A stretch of 64,000 nt of DNA, from contig CM052851.1 of assembly GCA_028534125.1 (NCBI GenBank), forward strand, positions 38,936,001 through 39,000,000, given 5' to 3'. Shown here piece after piece: positions 36,201 to 49,910 of this stretch (positions are counted from its first letter, which is position 1; every line of letters starts with the position of its first letter). A program made the position numbers and the translations under genes. The notes below the pieces were generated by a model, which ran no database searches, was not told the origin of the DNA, and saw only the letters and a list, made by a program, of their open reading frames with translations. The DNA is from Lama glama (lineage: Eukaryota).

Positions 36201-37197
36201 ATAGAGGAACATTTCTGATTCATTTGAGCAAAAAAAAAAAAATCTGTAGTGAGAGATCAAGAGATTGTGCCCAGGTCATAGGAGTCCCAGTCCTGCTTTT
36301 TGTTTGTTTTCTATTATCCTTACACAGTACAGCCAGATTCTTTTTCTTAATGTTTTGGAATAATTGCCTCACTCTCGTTTTGAAAACCTGACAGTGAGTC
36401 CTGTCTGCAGTTGTGCTTGACACCCTAGACCTAGATGTGCGACCTGACAGCCTCTCTCCTAAGTTACCTGGTGTGACGGGCTCAGCCTGGCCCAGGTGGG
36501 CGCAGGCAGGCAGTTACCTGTTAAGCTGAGGGGACTCCGGGTCCAAGGCTGAAGGGCTGTTGAGACCTAGGAAGGGTGTGACTCTGTGGGAGGGGACCAG
36601 CAGGGTTCTTCCTCCTTAGGAGATGGATTAAGGACGACTTCCCAAGTGAGAGACGGAAGAGGAGTAATGGTTATGAGGACTCACCTGGGTCCCAGATGCT
36701 CAGCTGTAGGTCACTCCTAATTGTATCTTAAAAGTAAACTTTTAGCAACCTAAGGGTCATGAACCCAGAAAAGAAAGGCTTCGTCAAGGGTCAGAGTAAG
36801 TAAAATCCTAGAATGGGAAGTTAGGGTGGGAGACCCGGGAGAGAACAGCACTGAGCCGGCACCACCTCTGCTCTCGTCCGCCAAGGCAGAGGTGGGATTG
36901 TTTTTAGTGGAAGTAGACTAATAAGGAAGCAGAAGGAGAAACGACTTCAGATCCACAAACATTCATTGGGCCCCTGTAGGCCCAGCTGCACGCAGACATA
37001 CAGTCTTGACCCCGAGGGAACTTACTAGCTCACTAAGCAAGGCATATGCAAGGTCAGCGCACTGTGGTGTGATTTATGCCGCCATGCGAGTGGCACTGGG
37101 AGGAAAGGTTGAACTCAGTCACTGGTGGGAAGATGGCGAGAAGGATACGGGCAGGGTTTCACCGAGGGAATAGTGCTGGTTCAGATTTTGAACTATG

Positions 37198-37200
<3 letters not shown>

Positions 37201-37231
<31 letters not shown>
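37201..37231. repeat. (AT)n microsatellite
   Basis: About 15 AT units. Confidence 0.95.
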
Positions 37232-37236
<5 letters not shown>

Positions 37237-37469
37237 ATTTGTACCTTTTGGCCACTATGAATAGTTATTTTCTAAATGAACACAGCAAGGAGGGGCATTC
37301 CAGGTAGAGGAATTAGCATGTGCAAAGGCAGGTAAGAGTGAAGCAGTCTGTGCAGAGTTATATGCACATAACTACCAATTTGTTATTATTTTCTGCTGCA
37401 CATAGTAGGCAGTGTCCAGATGGGACTGTAGAGACAGGTCTCAGGGAATAGCTCTGGAAAGGCTGGATC

Positions 37470-37928
37470 TACCATTGTTCTGTATACCACATCACCCCAA
37501 AACACTGTGAATGTTTAAACAATAACTTTGTTACTATCTCTCGTGGTTTGGGGGGATCTTGCTTGAGGTCTTGTCACATAATGTTTTTCAAAAGGTGGCT
37601 GGGGCTGCACTCATTAGAAGACCCACTCACTTCCATGTGTGGTGCCTGAGTAGGGAAAGCTCAAGCAACAGGGACTTTTCAGCTCTACTCCCTGTGGTCC
37701 TACTCCCCTTTCCCATCATTACTCCCTGTGGTCCCTCCAGCATGGTGGCTCAGGACTGGAAGCCTGCCCCTAGACAGGGCAGAGGTTGCCTGGCCTCTAT
37801 CAACCTAGCCTTGGAAGTTAAGCACCTTCACGTAGGCCACATTCTGTTCCTGAGGTAGTTACAGGGGCCCTTCTGGTTCTCGGAGAGAAATACCAAACAA
37901 TTGGCAAGGTTGTTTTGAAATCACCACA
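37470..37928 (-). mobile_element. MaLR LTR (MLT1-type)
   Basis: cacatcaccccaaaacact...gtttaaacaataac...tccagcatggtggctcagg...cctagccttggaagt...ttttgaaatcaccaca. Confidence 0.75.
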
Positions 37929-37963
37929 ATCATACAGATTAATTTGAATTTTATGCTGTAGGG

Positions 37964-38389
37964 CAGTTTTCCCCAGGCTTAATTCATTCTTACCGTCTTC
38001 ACAGTGTTACCGTGGCCTCTCTGAACTATTATTTGCATGTTTAAGTCAGCGTACTTTTGAACTTAAATTTATTTTAAAAGGAAAAGTTATCTTACTTTCT
38101 TAAAGTGGAAAATCAATATTACTTGCCATACACAGAAGATAAGTTTTAAAGTAAATACAATGAAAACAAAAAATAATTGTCAAAAGAGTTTTGCCAGATA
38201 CTGCTGCCTCTGCACCTCTCCTCCACACAATTATCAAAGTGGAAACTTTCTTCTTAATCTAGTGAGAAGGTTTGAAAGATTTACAAAGTGAATAACTTGA
38301 TCACCTTGTGACTTCATGCCCTTTAATTCTGTGTAATACAGTGTTGAGTTCCTGCCACGCAATTCCTTACCACATTTTAGGAAGCGCTG
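37964..38389 (+). mobile_element. hAT-Charlie DNA transposon derivative
   Basis: CAG...CTG ends with an imperfect 8-bp TSD ctgtaggg (37956-37963) / ctgtgggc (38390-38397). Confidence 0.65.
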
Positions 38390-38789
38390 CTGTGGGCAGT
38401 GGAGCTGCTGAAAGAATTTGAGCACAGGAGTGATACGGTTACATCTGTATTTTAGTGAGATCACTTGGCTGAACTGTAGAAAGTAGTTTTGGAGAAAGTA
38501 AAACTAGGAGCAAGGAGATGGATTTTAGGAGATTATTGTAGTAAGTCAAGCAACCAGTAATAAAATCTGGGTCAAAGAGTGGCAGGGGAATGGAGGAGGT
38601 GAATGTAAGACCTCAAGGAGGTAGAATTTACAGCACTTGGTGATAGATTGAACTAGAGTAAGAAGAAGAATGAAAAGTCAGGGATGACTTGTAGAAACTT
38701 GGGTGACGTTGTGGAAAAAATACAGGAGGGGACAGTGTTTTATTGGGGGTAGAGTAGGAAATGATGAGTTCAGTTTTAGGCATTCCTTT

Positions 38790-39400
38790 TTCTTAAATTT
38801 TTAACATGAATTTTCTTGCCACTATATTTGTCTGATTGTTTCTTGGAGGAATTACTTGGGTTCTTCCTCTTTCCCCTGTATTTTCTGTGAACTGTAAGTT
38901 AGATATAGAGGCTTGATTAAACTTAAGTTAAGCATTTTAGGGGGGAAAAAACTATAAATGATGCAGCAGATCAGAGACACATAATGTCTGGTTTTCTCAC
39001 TGTTACTGATGCTAAATTTGGTTACTGCTTAAGGTAAGGGCAGCCAAATTTCTCCATTGTAAAATTATAGCTTTCACTTTGTAACTAGCAGATAATCTGT
39101 GGGCTACCTTTGGCACTACTCCCCATCAATCTTCAACTTAAGTGGTTTTCTTTTTTGAACTTGCTGTTATGTAAAATGTCAAACTACACAAAAAGTAGAG
39201 AAAACAGAAGATGAACACCCATATATCCATCATCAGCTTCAATTGTTGTCAACATTTGGGACTAGTTTGTTATTTTCTCTGTCCTTGTCCACTGTCCCTC
39301 CTTCTTCTTCAGTGGATTTTTGCAAGTGTATTCCAGCATCATACCATTTCATGCATAACTACTTCAGAATGTATCTCTAAAAGACCTTGCAGATATGTTT
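38790..39400 (-). mobile_element. L1ME-type 3' fragments
   Basis: agttagatatagaggcttgattaaac...cataatgtctggtt; aactacacaaaaagtagagaaaa...atgaacaccca. Confidence 0.6.
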
Positions 39401-39501
39401 AAATGTGTTGATTTCTGACCAGCGGTTTTCAGTTGTCCTCATGAAGGAACAGAGAATCTGGATGATTAAATTGATCCAGAGTTAGACTCCACAAGTAGGT
39501 C

Positions 39502-39861
39502 CAGTTGGTCCTTCGTATCTGTGACTTCTACATCCACAGATTCAACCAACCACGGATGGAAAATATTAGGAAAAAAATTCCAGAAAATTCCAAAAAGCAA
39601 GACTTGAGTTTGTCACACACAGACAGCTGTTTACATAGCATTTACATTGTATTTATAACTGTTTATGTATTTGCATAGTACTAGGTATTACAAGTTATCT
39701 AGAGATGGTTTAAAGTATATGGGAGTGTAGGCAGAGATCATATGTAAATACTGCACCATTTTATATAGGGTACTTGAGTATCCATGGATTTGTGGTATCT
39801 GTGGTGGCAGAGGGGAATGGTGTCCTGGAACCAGCTCCCCTCAGATACCAAGAGGCAGCTG
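39502..39861 (+). mobile_element. MER2 (Tigger-family MITE)
   Basis: cagttggtccttcgtatctgtg...atccacagattcaaccaacc...tcctggaaccagctcccctcagataccaagaggcagctg, followed by TA. Confidence 0.85.
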
Positions 39862-41569
39862 TACAGTGAGAAGAGAGGGGCCAGGGATTTGTGGACGTGA
39901 TGGGTAATGGGTTCTTGCCTGGAAAGACAGAAAGGTGGGCTGATGTAAATTAGGGAAAAGGAGGAGGGCTCAAGGAAAGAGAGACCTGACCAAGGTCAAA
40001 GAGCATCTGTTGAATAGTAAAAAGATCAAGTGGTAGGCAGGAAGGGCAATTGTGGTCAGGGAGTAGGATTTTGGAAGACAGGATTGAGATGGGTTATTTC
40101 AGGCAATGACAAGTTCCAAGAACTGTCCATAGGTATGAGTGGTAAAGTATAGTTGAAGTCAGGGAGTCAGTTGTGCGACAGGGGTTTTGAGTGGAGTCAT
40201 GCACGTAGGTATTGAAGTTGCCAGGGTAGAGAGAGAGCCATCAGGGAGAGCCTGGTGTGTGTCGGGGTGGTGTGTACAGCTGTGACGAGTGGGAGGCTCT
40301 GGGGTAGTTGCTTCATGGCAGAGCAGTGGCTCTCTGGAAGAGGCTGGAAGCACAGTCACTGGTGGTGGCAGAAGGCAAGGTGAACAAAAGGCAAACGCTT
40401 TAAACAGTTCTTAAGCTTGTTGTGCTCCAGTAAACTTTGCTGTCCACTGGGTGGGGTGGGAGGAAACTAATGGGGTGGGGGTTTAATAATGAACGGGAAG
40501 AATCGGGGTATGTGGGTGGGGGTGAAGCCGGAATGCTCCAGAGGAGACATGTTTGACCACGTGAGTAGTGCTGGTGTTGGGGGGACTGTCAGTGAGTCCC
40601 TGCTCACTGTTTTATCCCTAAGGGATCTCTTTGGGTAGTAGCCCCCGGTGCCTTTTGGTCGAGTCTTATTTTGTTAGCCAATCTTTGTGAAAATTTGTGT
40701 TGCATTCTTTGCATGTTGCTTATGGACTTCGGGTGGGAGCAGGCAGGGAGTGTGCCTGTCCCTGGGTGAAGCCCTGGTCCAGAGAACTGCTGGCATTTTC
40801 CTGCTGCTGGTGACCACTAGCCCCTTAAACTTCTAGAAAGCCATCCGTGCCTTGGAACTAGAGGTGGAGTGTCCCCTTTTCCGACCTTGTCTGTTCTGAA
40901 CTTTGGATCTGCAGTACTAGGGAAGGCATATGTATATTTCCCCTGAGGCATGGCCATGAAACTTACAGGAAAGCAGCACATTGTGGGTTTCAGAGTTTTG
41001 AAGAACTTTGAGCTAAAGTCACAGACTTATGGATGAATCAGAAATGAAAACTCGAAATGAGAATTCCTCCTCCCAAAGATAGTATCTTTTTGAAATAGTG
41101 CTTTTAGGATGGTCATCATGGAAGGAGAAGAGATTAAGAGGAATTGGGAGAAAAGAAGACCTAGCTGGCTTAACACCAGTGTCTGCTTGATTCCCAAGCA
41201 GGAGGAGTCTGTGCCCAGGGGAGGCTAAAAGTGTGATGATCTCTCACTGTCTTGCCAAACACCTATGTTTAAGGGAGTGACCACAGCACTTTCATGGTTT
41301 TATGAGTTTAAATGTTGAGAGAAAAGCTTTTCTATTGGGCTGTATTTGGAGTTCATTTCCTGCTGACTGCTGGTGTGCGTGCGTGTAAGTGGAAACGTCA
41401 GCCCTGCTCTATGCATCTTCTCCTGGAGGGCAGTGATGGTGGTTTGCATCTGAACAACTTACAGCATATAAGATATTTTTATGTACTCTATTTTCTTGGT
41501 TTTATATGTCTTTTCAGAAGAGGAACTGAGCTGGCTGGTCATGGAAGACATAATAAAAACAGCACCTGT

Positions 41570-41780
41570 ACTTTCCATGGGATAGTAGAAGGAACAGGAA
41601 CTTTAGTTTAAATTCTGCCTCCTTCTTTTACTAGCTGTGGGACCCTGGGCTTTAGTTTTCTTATTTGGTGAAATAGAATTGATAACATTTATGTCCTAGG
41701 ATTGGTTTAGAGCATTACATTAGTTAACATGATTAACACATGGGGATGATGCTGGTCACACAGTAGATAACTGATCAAGG
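41570..41780 (+). repeat. MIR SINE
   Basis: tttaaattctgcctcc...ttactagctgtgggaccctgggctttagttttctt. Confidence 0.65.
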
Positions 41781-42329
41781 GAAGTTTCTATAACATAGAA
41801 GCAGATCCTCAGCACCAAAGGAAAGAGGAGCAGGCGAGTGTCCTAACCTTGTTAACTGAGGTGGTTGCTGTGAATGGCCTTTGACTTTGACTCAGTTCTT
41901 TGGCAGTCTGGAAAACTGACCTTCTGATATCTTGCCACGAGGAAAGAGGAAACATACCATTTTCTCAAGACAGACAAAGTTTTATACTTTAATGTAATTT
42001 CTTACGCAGATATCTTTGTCAGAGATGTTGAACAATATAACAGATAGTAATCCTTACCTTTTTAATCGAGAGTTACGTTTCATTTATTTTTTTTCTTACT
42101 TTTACAACCACAAGGATATTTCTTTATCATTTTTTACAACAAATGCTTTTGCGATTTCGATTTCCAGTAGCTCTCTTACAGTGACTCCTGATAAAATACA
42201 GATGTGTTACATGAAATTGCAACTGAGTGAAAACCACCCTGTAAGGAGCTGAGTTACTGGAGTTGCTAGTGTATCTAGTAGCTTTCCTCTCAGAAATTGA
42301 TATGTTTCATTGCCACGAATATCTTATCC

Positions 42330-43170
42330 TTTTATATACACGAGTCCATAAAGGTATGTATAGTATTGTGTGTTAAAATTTTATACACATGACACCATTC
42401 CTGCATGCAGCCTTTTGCAGTTTGGTTTATTTCCCTCAGTGTTGGTTTTGAAAAGTGTGAATGTATAAAATCATTCAGTTTAATTGGTATATGATGTACC
42501 GTTGTATGATAGAGATGATTAAAGTCTTTCCCCTTTTTGTGTATTACAAACAATGCTGTGATGAACATCCTTGTACGAGGAATGCACAAGATTTTACTTG
42601 CAGCAGCTACCTGGAGTGGGCGTGTGATTCTTCAGCTTCATCAGGTCGTACCAGATTGCTGTCGATAGTGGTTGTATGTATTCACCAGCAATGATTACAG
42701 ATTTTCATTTCCCTAAATTTTTGCTGACACTTGGAGATTCCACATTTCTCAGTATTTTCTAATCTGATGAATATGAAATAATATGTCATGCTTTAATTTG
42801 CATTTTCCTGATTTCAGAGAGGTTGAGCATTGTTTCATATTTTATTGATTACATGGGTTTCCCTTTCTTTGAATTGTCTGTTCGTATCTTTTACCTGTTG
42901 TTCAGTTGAGTTATCTTTTTCCTATTGATTTTCTAAGTTCTTCATATGTTCTTATTTTTAATCATTTGTTGGTATTTTCTTCCTGTCTGTGGCTTGTGTG
43001 GCATATCACTGTGAGAATATACTTTTCAGAGCTTATTTCCTCAGTTTTCCTCAAGAAAGGTTGTGCTGGTTTACAGTAGCTCCAGCAGTGTCTGGGAATG
43101 CTCCATTCGCCACACCCTGTCTGACACTGGAATTAGTTTTATCATTTGATTGCCTGATCTGATAGAAGTG
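42330..43170 (-). mobile_element. L1M fragments
   Basis: tattacaaacaatgctgtgatgaacatccttgta...tttaatttgcattttcctgatt...aggttgagcat. Confidence 0.75.
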
Positions 43171-44440
43171 GTATTGCTTCTTGTTTTCCACCCTTTCCTT
43201 GAGCCTACCTGAAACCTGGATTTTCCCTGAAGATTTCACTTCCCTTGTGACCCTGTCTAATGAAGTAACTTTATCTCCTCCTCTGACTTTCACTCTGTGT
43301 TGCCTGACCTTGCTTCCAGCCCCACCTGGCAACCTTTCCCACTTGAAGTCAGTCTCTCCCTTCACATATATCTCCTTTCCTCATTTGTGGTGCTGACTTG
43401 CATGTTCATTGCTTACAACCTTCTTCATAGGTCTCCTGGCATAATTAGGACTTGGGACTTCATGCCAAGAGTCCTTCGGTGCTCTGGCCTCACAGTCCCT
43501 CCATCTTTTCCACTCTAAAGACTTCTTCTTCTTTTCTCTTAAGGCATTCGTAGCATGGCCATACCTTTGGCCTTATCACTTGCAGCTATTCCACTTTCAG
43601 GATCCTAAACTCTGAAATTCCATTCCCTCCCCAAGCTCCTAAAGGCTTACCCTCCCCACCGACACTTTCATGGCCCTCTCTGGACAGCTGGCTGTCCAGC
43701 CTTTCCCCACCCTCAGGAGTGCCTGCTTATTGTTCCGTCAGCCTGAACCTCAAAGACAGGAATTCCAGTTGTGTGCTTGATTACCTGCGTGCCCTCCCTC
43801 TCTTATCCTGTCTATAATCTCCACTCCTGGTGGACCACTAAAACAGACTTCTCTGCCATAGCCTCTAGATTTCTGAGTATGGCTTCATCTTTCAGAAGCA
43901 CAGTTCTTGACCCATCATTCCTTTCATTTCCCAAAGAAAATAGAAGATCCTTAATTTGGTTCTCAAAGCCTGTAAGATCTGATATTTCTCTGTCTTTCCA
44001 GCTTTCCTTCTCCCTGGTCTACTTCCAGTTAAACCCCCATCAAACTGAACATCTTGCTCTGCTTCATATGCTTCTACTTTCCTGCCCCTAAGACTTTTGC
44101 TTATGTGTTTCCATCTGCCCAGGATTGCCCCTGTATTCTTCTGCCGTTTGATCTTCCAGGACCAGTGCGAGGGTGGCCCTCTCTATGAACCCTTCCTGCT
44201 TCTTCAGTTGGAAGTAATCCCCTCTACTTAAATCCACAGACTTTCACCTCTCTAATGGCACTTAAAATAGTCTTCCTGGTATTTGTTATATTTGTATTTT
44301 TATCTGTATCTGCGTTACTAGAATGTAAGCTCTTTGAGGATGGACCCATGCCTAATGTATTTTGGTGCCCCATCCAGCACTAAGCACGTTAGTTTACACA
44401 TGGTTGGTGTTCAGTATGTGTTAGTTGAATGTATACATGA
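43170..44440 (+). mobile_element. L2 LINE (body to 3' tail)
   Basis: Pyrimidine-rich L2 body ending ctagaatgtaagctctttgagg...cagcactaagcac...gttagttgaatg. Confidence 0.75.
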
Positions 44441-46673
44441 CCATAAGTGTGAATGGAAGGAGGAGAGACTCTTGCCCGGGCTAGGCAGAGACTGTACTTA
44501 AAGCTTCATACCCCTTCTCCTGCTCTAGTGAGTGAAGAATCAGACTTAGCTTGACCTGGCCCAGCAGAAGAATAACCCCACCTCCTGACCCACTTTGCAG
44601 CTGGGGGAGCACGAAGCTTGTCCTTCTGTGGGAGTAGGAGCCTTGAGTACCAAGAGTTCCATCAGGGTGTTTTCAGGTTTAGGGAGTGGGGCTGGCTGCA
44701 TTCTCTGCTCGCTAGGCGAGAGGATTTCGCAGTAGTGCAGAGGAAGGAAACACTGAGCGTGCTCTTGGCAGTGGTAGGAGCAGAGGGACTGGAGAGCATG
44801 GTGACCCTGAGGGGAGGGTTTATTTTCGTGGTCAGGCCGGTCTCTTTCCTCCTTACCTCCTAGGGCTGAGCCTCAGTTGGATATGGGAAAACACTATGGG
44901 TATATTTGCCTTTTTTCCAGCCTTGGGACCTTGAGTCATAGTCCAGCTCGTCATCTCAAACAGCCTTTTGTCTCGTTCTGTCCAACTACTGTTTGTCTTT
45001 TAAAACCTGGCTCACAGGAATCCTGTTCTGAGCTACTCACGCCCCTCCACTCCCACCACGGTTCTTTAGATTACTTGTAGTCTGATTCTCACATTTGAAC
45101 TATTTTCTTTTGTATCCTATTTCCTGACAATAGCCCATGAGCTCCTTGAGTGCAGCCATGACGCCCATGAGTCACGGCTCATGTTTTTTTCTCTTCTGCT
45201 GAAAACAAAGCAGTGATCGGTAACTGCTGTTGATTTTATTGAGGAGCCTGATACTGGAACTTGGAAAATGATTGGTAGCAGGAAAACTGAAGATGGGAAA
45301 GGATGTGAAGGTAAAACTTAGCCTTGGGCCGCCTCTCCGGAGTCTGGGTCTAGGGAGGCGTTGCCTGTTCCTCTTTACCATAACCATCTCCTAGTGTGTA
45401 AGGGAGGAGAGTGGGTTTCCTGAATTCGGGCTTTTGAAGCTCTGCCTGCCAGCAGTAGTCAGCATCTAGGCAGGTAAGAGAATGAGGTGTTCAGGGTGTG
45501 ACCTCCAGGGAAGGAGAGGCAGGGCCGATGGTTGGTGCCCCACACAGCTGTGACCGACTTGGGGTGAACTGGCTCCGTGCCAGTTCTCCTAGTGCACGGG
45601 AGCTATAGACCCTCATGGTCGACTGGGGCTCGGAGGATCCCTTACAGCCTCTTCCCTGAGCTGGAAGCAGGATGGGGAGCAGCAGGCCAGTTGGCTGACT
45701 TGCCTTTTCTGCCTTGAAATACTTTGTTTCTGTTGCTAACAACAGACATGGGTAGTGTAAATAAAACTCAGACATGCAGACACATAGACACATATGTGGA
45801 GACTGAAAATTTGAGTTGTCAGGGGCAGGGGGAGGGGCTGAGGTGGAAGGGGACTGAAAGTGTGTAGCTGAGTCTCTGAAGACGCTTAGTGTGCCCCCGG
45901 CCCTGTCTTCAGCCTTTGGCGATGGGCCGCCTTCCGGAGTCGCTGAGTGGGGGCAGCCTGGGCGGTCAAGGAAGAGATGATGCTGTCTGGTTGCCACAGG
46001 TTTCAAAGACTAGGTGCCTGTTACAGTTAATGCAAAGCTTTGCTCAGGCTTTGCTCAGGCGTATACTCCTCTGTGCTAGGTGCTGGTGATCCGAGGGCTG
46101 GTGGCAGCTTCTTCTTTCTGTCCTGCCTTTTCTTCAAGGCTTTTGTCACTGGTCTGTTACTGTGCTCGCATGTGGTGTGCGTGGATCAGCAGCAGCTGCG
46201 GCCTTTCTGACAGCCCTGACTTAGCAGAGTCACCTGAGGTCTGCACCCTAAACACATGACTGGCCTTTTGGGTGAGCTCCTGAGCTTCTTTAGTATGGAC
46301 TGGGACCGATCCAGCCTTGCTAGGAGGGGTGGTCTTACTAGCAGGAGGCTGAATGCTTAGTGCATGAGAAGTAACAGTTGAGTCTCATGTGAGATGAGCT
46401 TTCAGCGACTCTTGAGGTTCAGGTAGAGTGGGATGAGGTTGGGTGATGAGGTAGACTGTGAGTCTCTATTGCTGGAAATATAAATAGGGATGGTTTTGGT
46501 GTTCTCTCTCCCTTCCTCCCTGGGTCTAAAAGGTCTCTAAAATTACACCTGGAGAGCCTCTTCTGTTTCTGATTGAGGGGGAAAAGAGGAACTGCATTGA
46601 TATGATAGGCCATGTGGACTCGTTACATTGGTTACTACAGGAGTCAAGACCAAGGTGCATGTGAATGAGTTAT

Positions 46674-46696
46674 CTTTTTTTTTTTTTTTTTTTTTT
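46674..46696. repeat. Poly-T run
   Basis: About 22 consecutive T. Confidence 0.9.
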
Positions 46697-49269
46697 ACAA
46701 TTTAGGAGGTATGCAGGATTATTCCTGTAATAATAGCAATCAGACTCATATTCCAATAACCTTTCTTAAATAGGAGCGAGAGGAGTAAAGTTACTATTAG
46801 GGTCTGAGAATTGCATGTTACCCTGGAGAGGCCTGAAGAGGTTGCCTCCCTTGTAGCCTCCAGTAGCTATGTGGTCACGGTGGCACTGGGAAGTCTGGGA
46901 ACTCCTGAGGACAGGGTTGGTCATTTTCTCTCTGTTCCTGGCTGAGGGTAGGAGTGTGAAGCCCTGTGCCTGATCTTTAGGTGCGGTTTTTATTGAGAGG
47001 GTTGGACCCCACCTACCTCTGAAGCTGCTAAAACTCCAAAGCAATGCAGGAGGCAGCGCTCCTCAAGGCCGTCAGAGACAGTGATGGTTCTTGTAGTAGA
47101 ACACATTCTAAACCACCAAGCCTGAGGGGCTTCTTAGAACAGCTGAAAGAGAGGTAGGAAGACCTCATCCAACTGGACTTCATCTCCGCCCCTACAAGTG
47201 CAGCAGCCAGCTGCCTCTGCGGTCTGATTGTTGACTCCCCTACCTGCACACTTCAGGTGAGCAGGGAGGTTCATGTTGAATCCCTTCCCACCAGTTAGCA
47301 TGGAGGACTGTGTTGTTTTTCTTACTGGGTCCTCAGTGTCTGCCCTAGTGCCTGGCACGAGGGAGGTGCCTGGTCATTGTTTGTGGATCTAATGGTTTTC
47401 CAACCTAAGTTTAAGAGGGACCTTAGACTGGGCCATGGAGCATGGATAGGATTTGGATAGCAGGGAGGACGGAAAATACTGAGCATAAAAAACATGGATA
47501 CAGCAATGGACATGTTTGGAGAAAGAGTCATCCTGCCTGGAGAGAGAAGTGCATTTGTGTGTGTGTATGTGTATGTGCGTGTATGCAAGTCTTGTGCCTT
47601 TGTGTGGAGGGAATGGAGGATGGGAGGGGAGTGGTGGTGGTAGGGTGGGATGAGTTGAAGGAGGAGGAAGGAAGAACAGGGAGGTGAGATTGGTTGGCAG
47701 CATTGGGCAGAGTTCTGGAAGAATTGGAGGAATCTGAATTTGGTGTGATTGGCAGTTAAGGAGTCCCGAGGAATGACATGATGATATTGAGATTGCAGGA
47801 TACGTAGCTTGTCATTTATGAGCAGAGGACTGGAGATGGAAGAAGAAAGGGAAATTAGTAATGATAATAGTAACACTTCACATTTATTTAAGTGCCTCCG
47901 TGGGCTGGCACTCGATAAAGTACTCTTTGTGTAATCAGAGACCATTGTAGTAAACTTGGTACGAGGTGATTAGCTGGAGAAAAATTGCACAGAAGATGAC
48001 ATAGTTAGCTTCTTCATTTTTGGCTATATTTGGCTCTTATTTGGTTAAATAAGAAATAGCTCCAAGGACATCTTCTTCCTGAGCTCTGCTTCCCAAAATG
48101 TGTCCTTGAAGCCCCTGGAGCTGGGACTGTTATCTGGCTCAGCTGGGCGGCTGGGCTTCTGCGTACTCCCTGCCAGGAACTAATGTCCTTGGGCCTCAGC
48201 TGGGGTGTGTCCCCAGTACAGCCATCTGGAAGGTCAGAGAAATTAGCCACTAGAATGTACCCATTAGTGCTTAGAGGGGTTACAACCTGTCAGTGGAATC
48301 CCAAGCCTGGGAACTGCTTCTCACAGGGTTTTCAGAGTTGGAACAGGCTCACTGTTCTAGCACTGACTGCTCCCTTATTTGGACACTGAATTTTCAGGGT
48401 GAGCCGGGACTTCTCTTTTAGTTTAGGAGAGTTTTTTAAGGACCTTATATCCTTGTGAGTGATCTTCAGAGACACAACATGACATCAGAGCTGTACCTTT
48501 CTTCACCTGATTCTGTCCTTGGCCTCCAGCCCATCCACTTATGAGACCGGGATGGGGCCTCAGTCTTGCTGGGGGGAAATGGACAACACATCATGGAGCC
48601 AGGAGTCAGGGTGGCTGAGGCTCAAGAGTCTGGCTCCAGGGCTTACGGGTGACTTCATGCCCAGCCTTGGGGCTTATCTCTTGGCTTTGGGGAACTTACT
48701 GTGCCCATTGCCTTGGCAGGTTTGTAGCTTATCAGCCCAGCTTGATGTGGGGCCAAGGTGGGGAGCAGGTTGCGGGGCGGGTGTGGGAGGTGGTAGTAGT
48801 GGTGCTGCTGGTGGGGAAGAGTCCTTTGTGGCAAATTTGAGAGCGGACTTCTTCCCCTGCCCACCTGACCACGGACGACTGATCCTACTGGAAGCCCCAC
48901 TCTGTCAACTTCTGCCTTTCCTTTTGGTTGACCCCTGCGAACCGCAGGAAAGTAATTCAGCTCCTGGCAGTGACACTGGATCCTGTTGGAGGAGGGGAAA
49001 GCAGGAAGAAGAACATGTTTCTGTCAACAAAGGTGTGCTTTCGCTAGTTGGAACCCGCTGTAAGGCGGCTTTCAGCCCTTTGGGCGATGACGGTGGGCTT
49101 GCAGTGTAATGCCAGCCGTGGACGAGGCTGTGAATCATCACGGCGCTAGGTCTGCGCAGTGGATCTGGGGCCTCCCACCGCAGCTGCCACGAACCCAAGG
49201 TGACGGGTGCCTGAACTGAGGAGCTGCCACTGCCCAGAAGGAAAGTGCCTTTGTCTGTGTTTTGTCCTT

Positions 49270-49430
49270 TCAGGCAATATCTAATTTAATCTGCACAACA
49301 ACACTCCGTGCTTGGAACTGTCCTCTCCATTTCATTGTTGAGGAAACTGAAGCTTAGAAAGGTTAGGTAACTCATCCACAGCTTCGTAACTGGTAGAGGC
49401 AGAGTTGGACTTTATATCCAAGATTACTCT
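49270..49430 (-). repeat. MIR SINE
   Basis: ccatttcattgttgaggaaactgaagcttagaaaggttaggtaactc. Confidence 0.8.
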
Positions 49431-49910
49431 TTTCTCATTATTGCTCACAAAGGAAACCATGACAAGCCATTAATTTTAATAAACTTTTTATATTAAAATA
49501 GTTATAGATTTACAGAAAAATTGCAAAGATAATACCGAGAGTTCCTGTAGACCCTGCAAGCCATTCATGTTTTCCTCCTCTTCTGGTCCATTTTATGAGG
49601 ATTCATTGGGGGTGAGGTACAGATTTGGAGTAAGGACATTTTTTCTAGGGATTCCAACTTAGTGATTTTTCAGCTAGAATTTTTGAAAGTCCATCAGAGT
49701 ATAATATTTCTTCCCCACTTCTCCTCTGCCTCAGCCCTGCTGGACTGGTCTAGAGCTGGCTTTGCCATCTAGTTTCAGAGTCAAATCCCCTACCTTCTGA
49801 CTCTCTCTATAGAGTTGGGTAGCAGCTGAGTTTCAGAGAGGTAGCGTAGGCAGGTAGCTGTGGGGAGGATCCTTACCAGCTAGGCTTCTGGACTTTCTTC
49901 TGCCTGATAA

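Larger units (their letters stand above)
36955..40400 (-). mobile_element. Long L2 element fragmented by nested insertions
   Basis: L2 motifs at about 36955-37350, 38390-38785 and 39400-40400, all in the same orientation. Confidence 0.65.

Noticed and set aside
45491-46006. 171-aa minus-strand ORF
   Set aside because: No recognisable product; includes simple-repeat-derived residues.
46037-46060. Short tandem duplication gctttgctcag x2 (similar ones near 37686-37734 and 57650-57680)
   Set aside because: Typical slippage duplications with no sign of function.
47322-47945. 207-aa minus-strand ORF
   Set aside because: Low-complexity (GT-repeat, purine-rich) and MIR/L2-derived sequence; no recognisable domain or exon signals.
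48519-49109. 196-aa plus-strand ORF
   Set aside because: Non-ATG start, G-rich composition, no recognisable homology; a chance open frame in GC-rich DNA.
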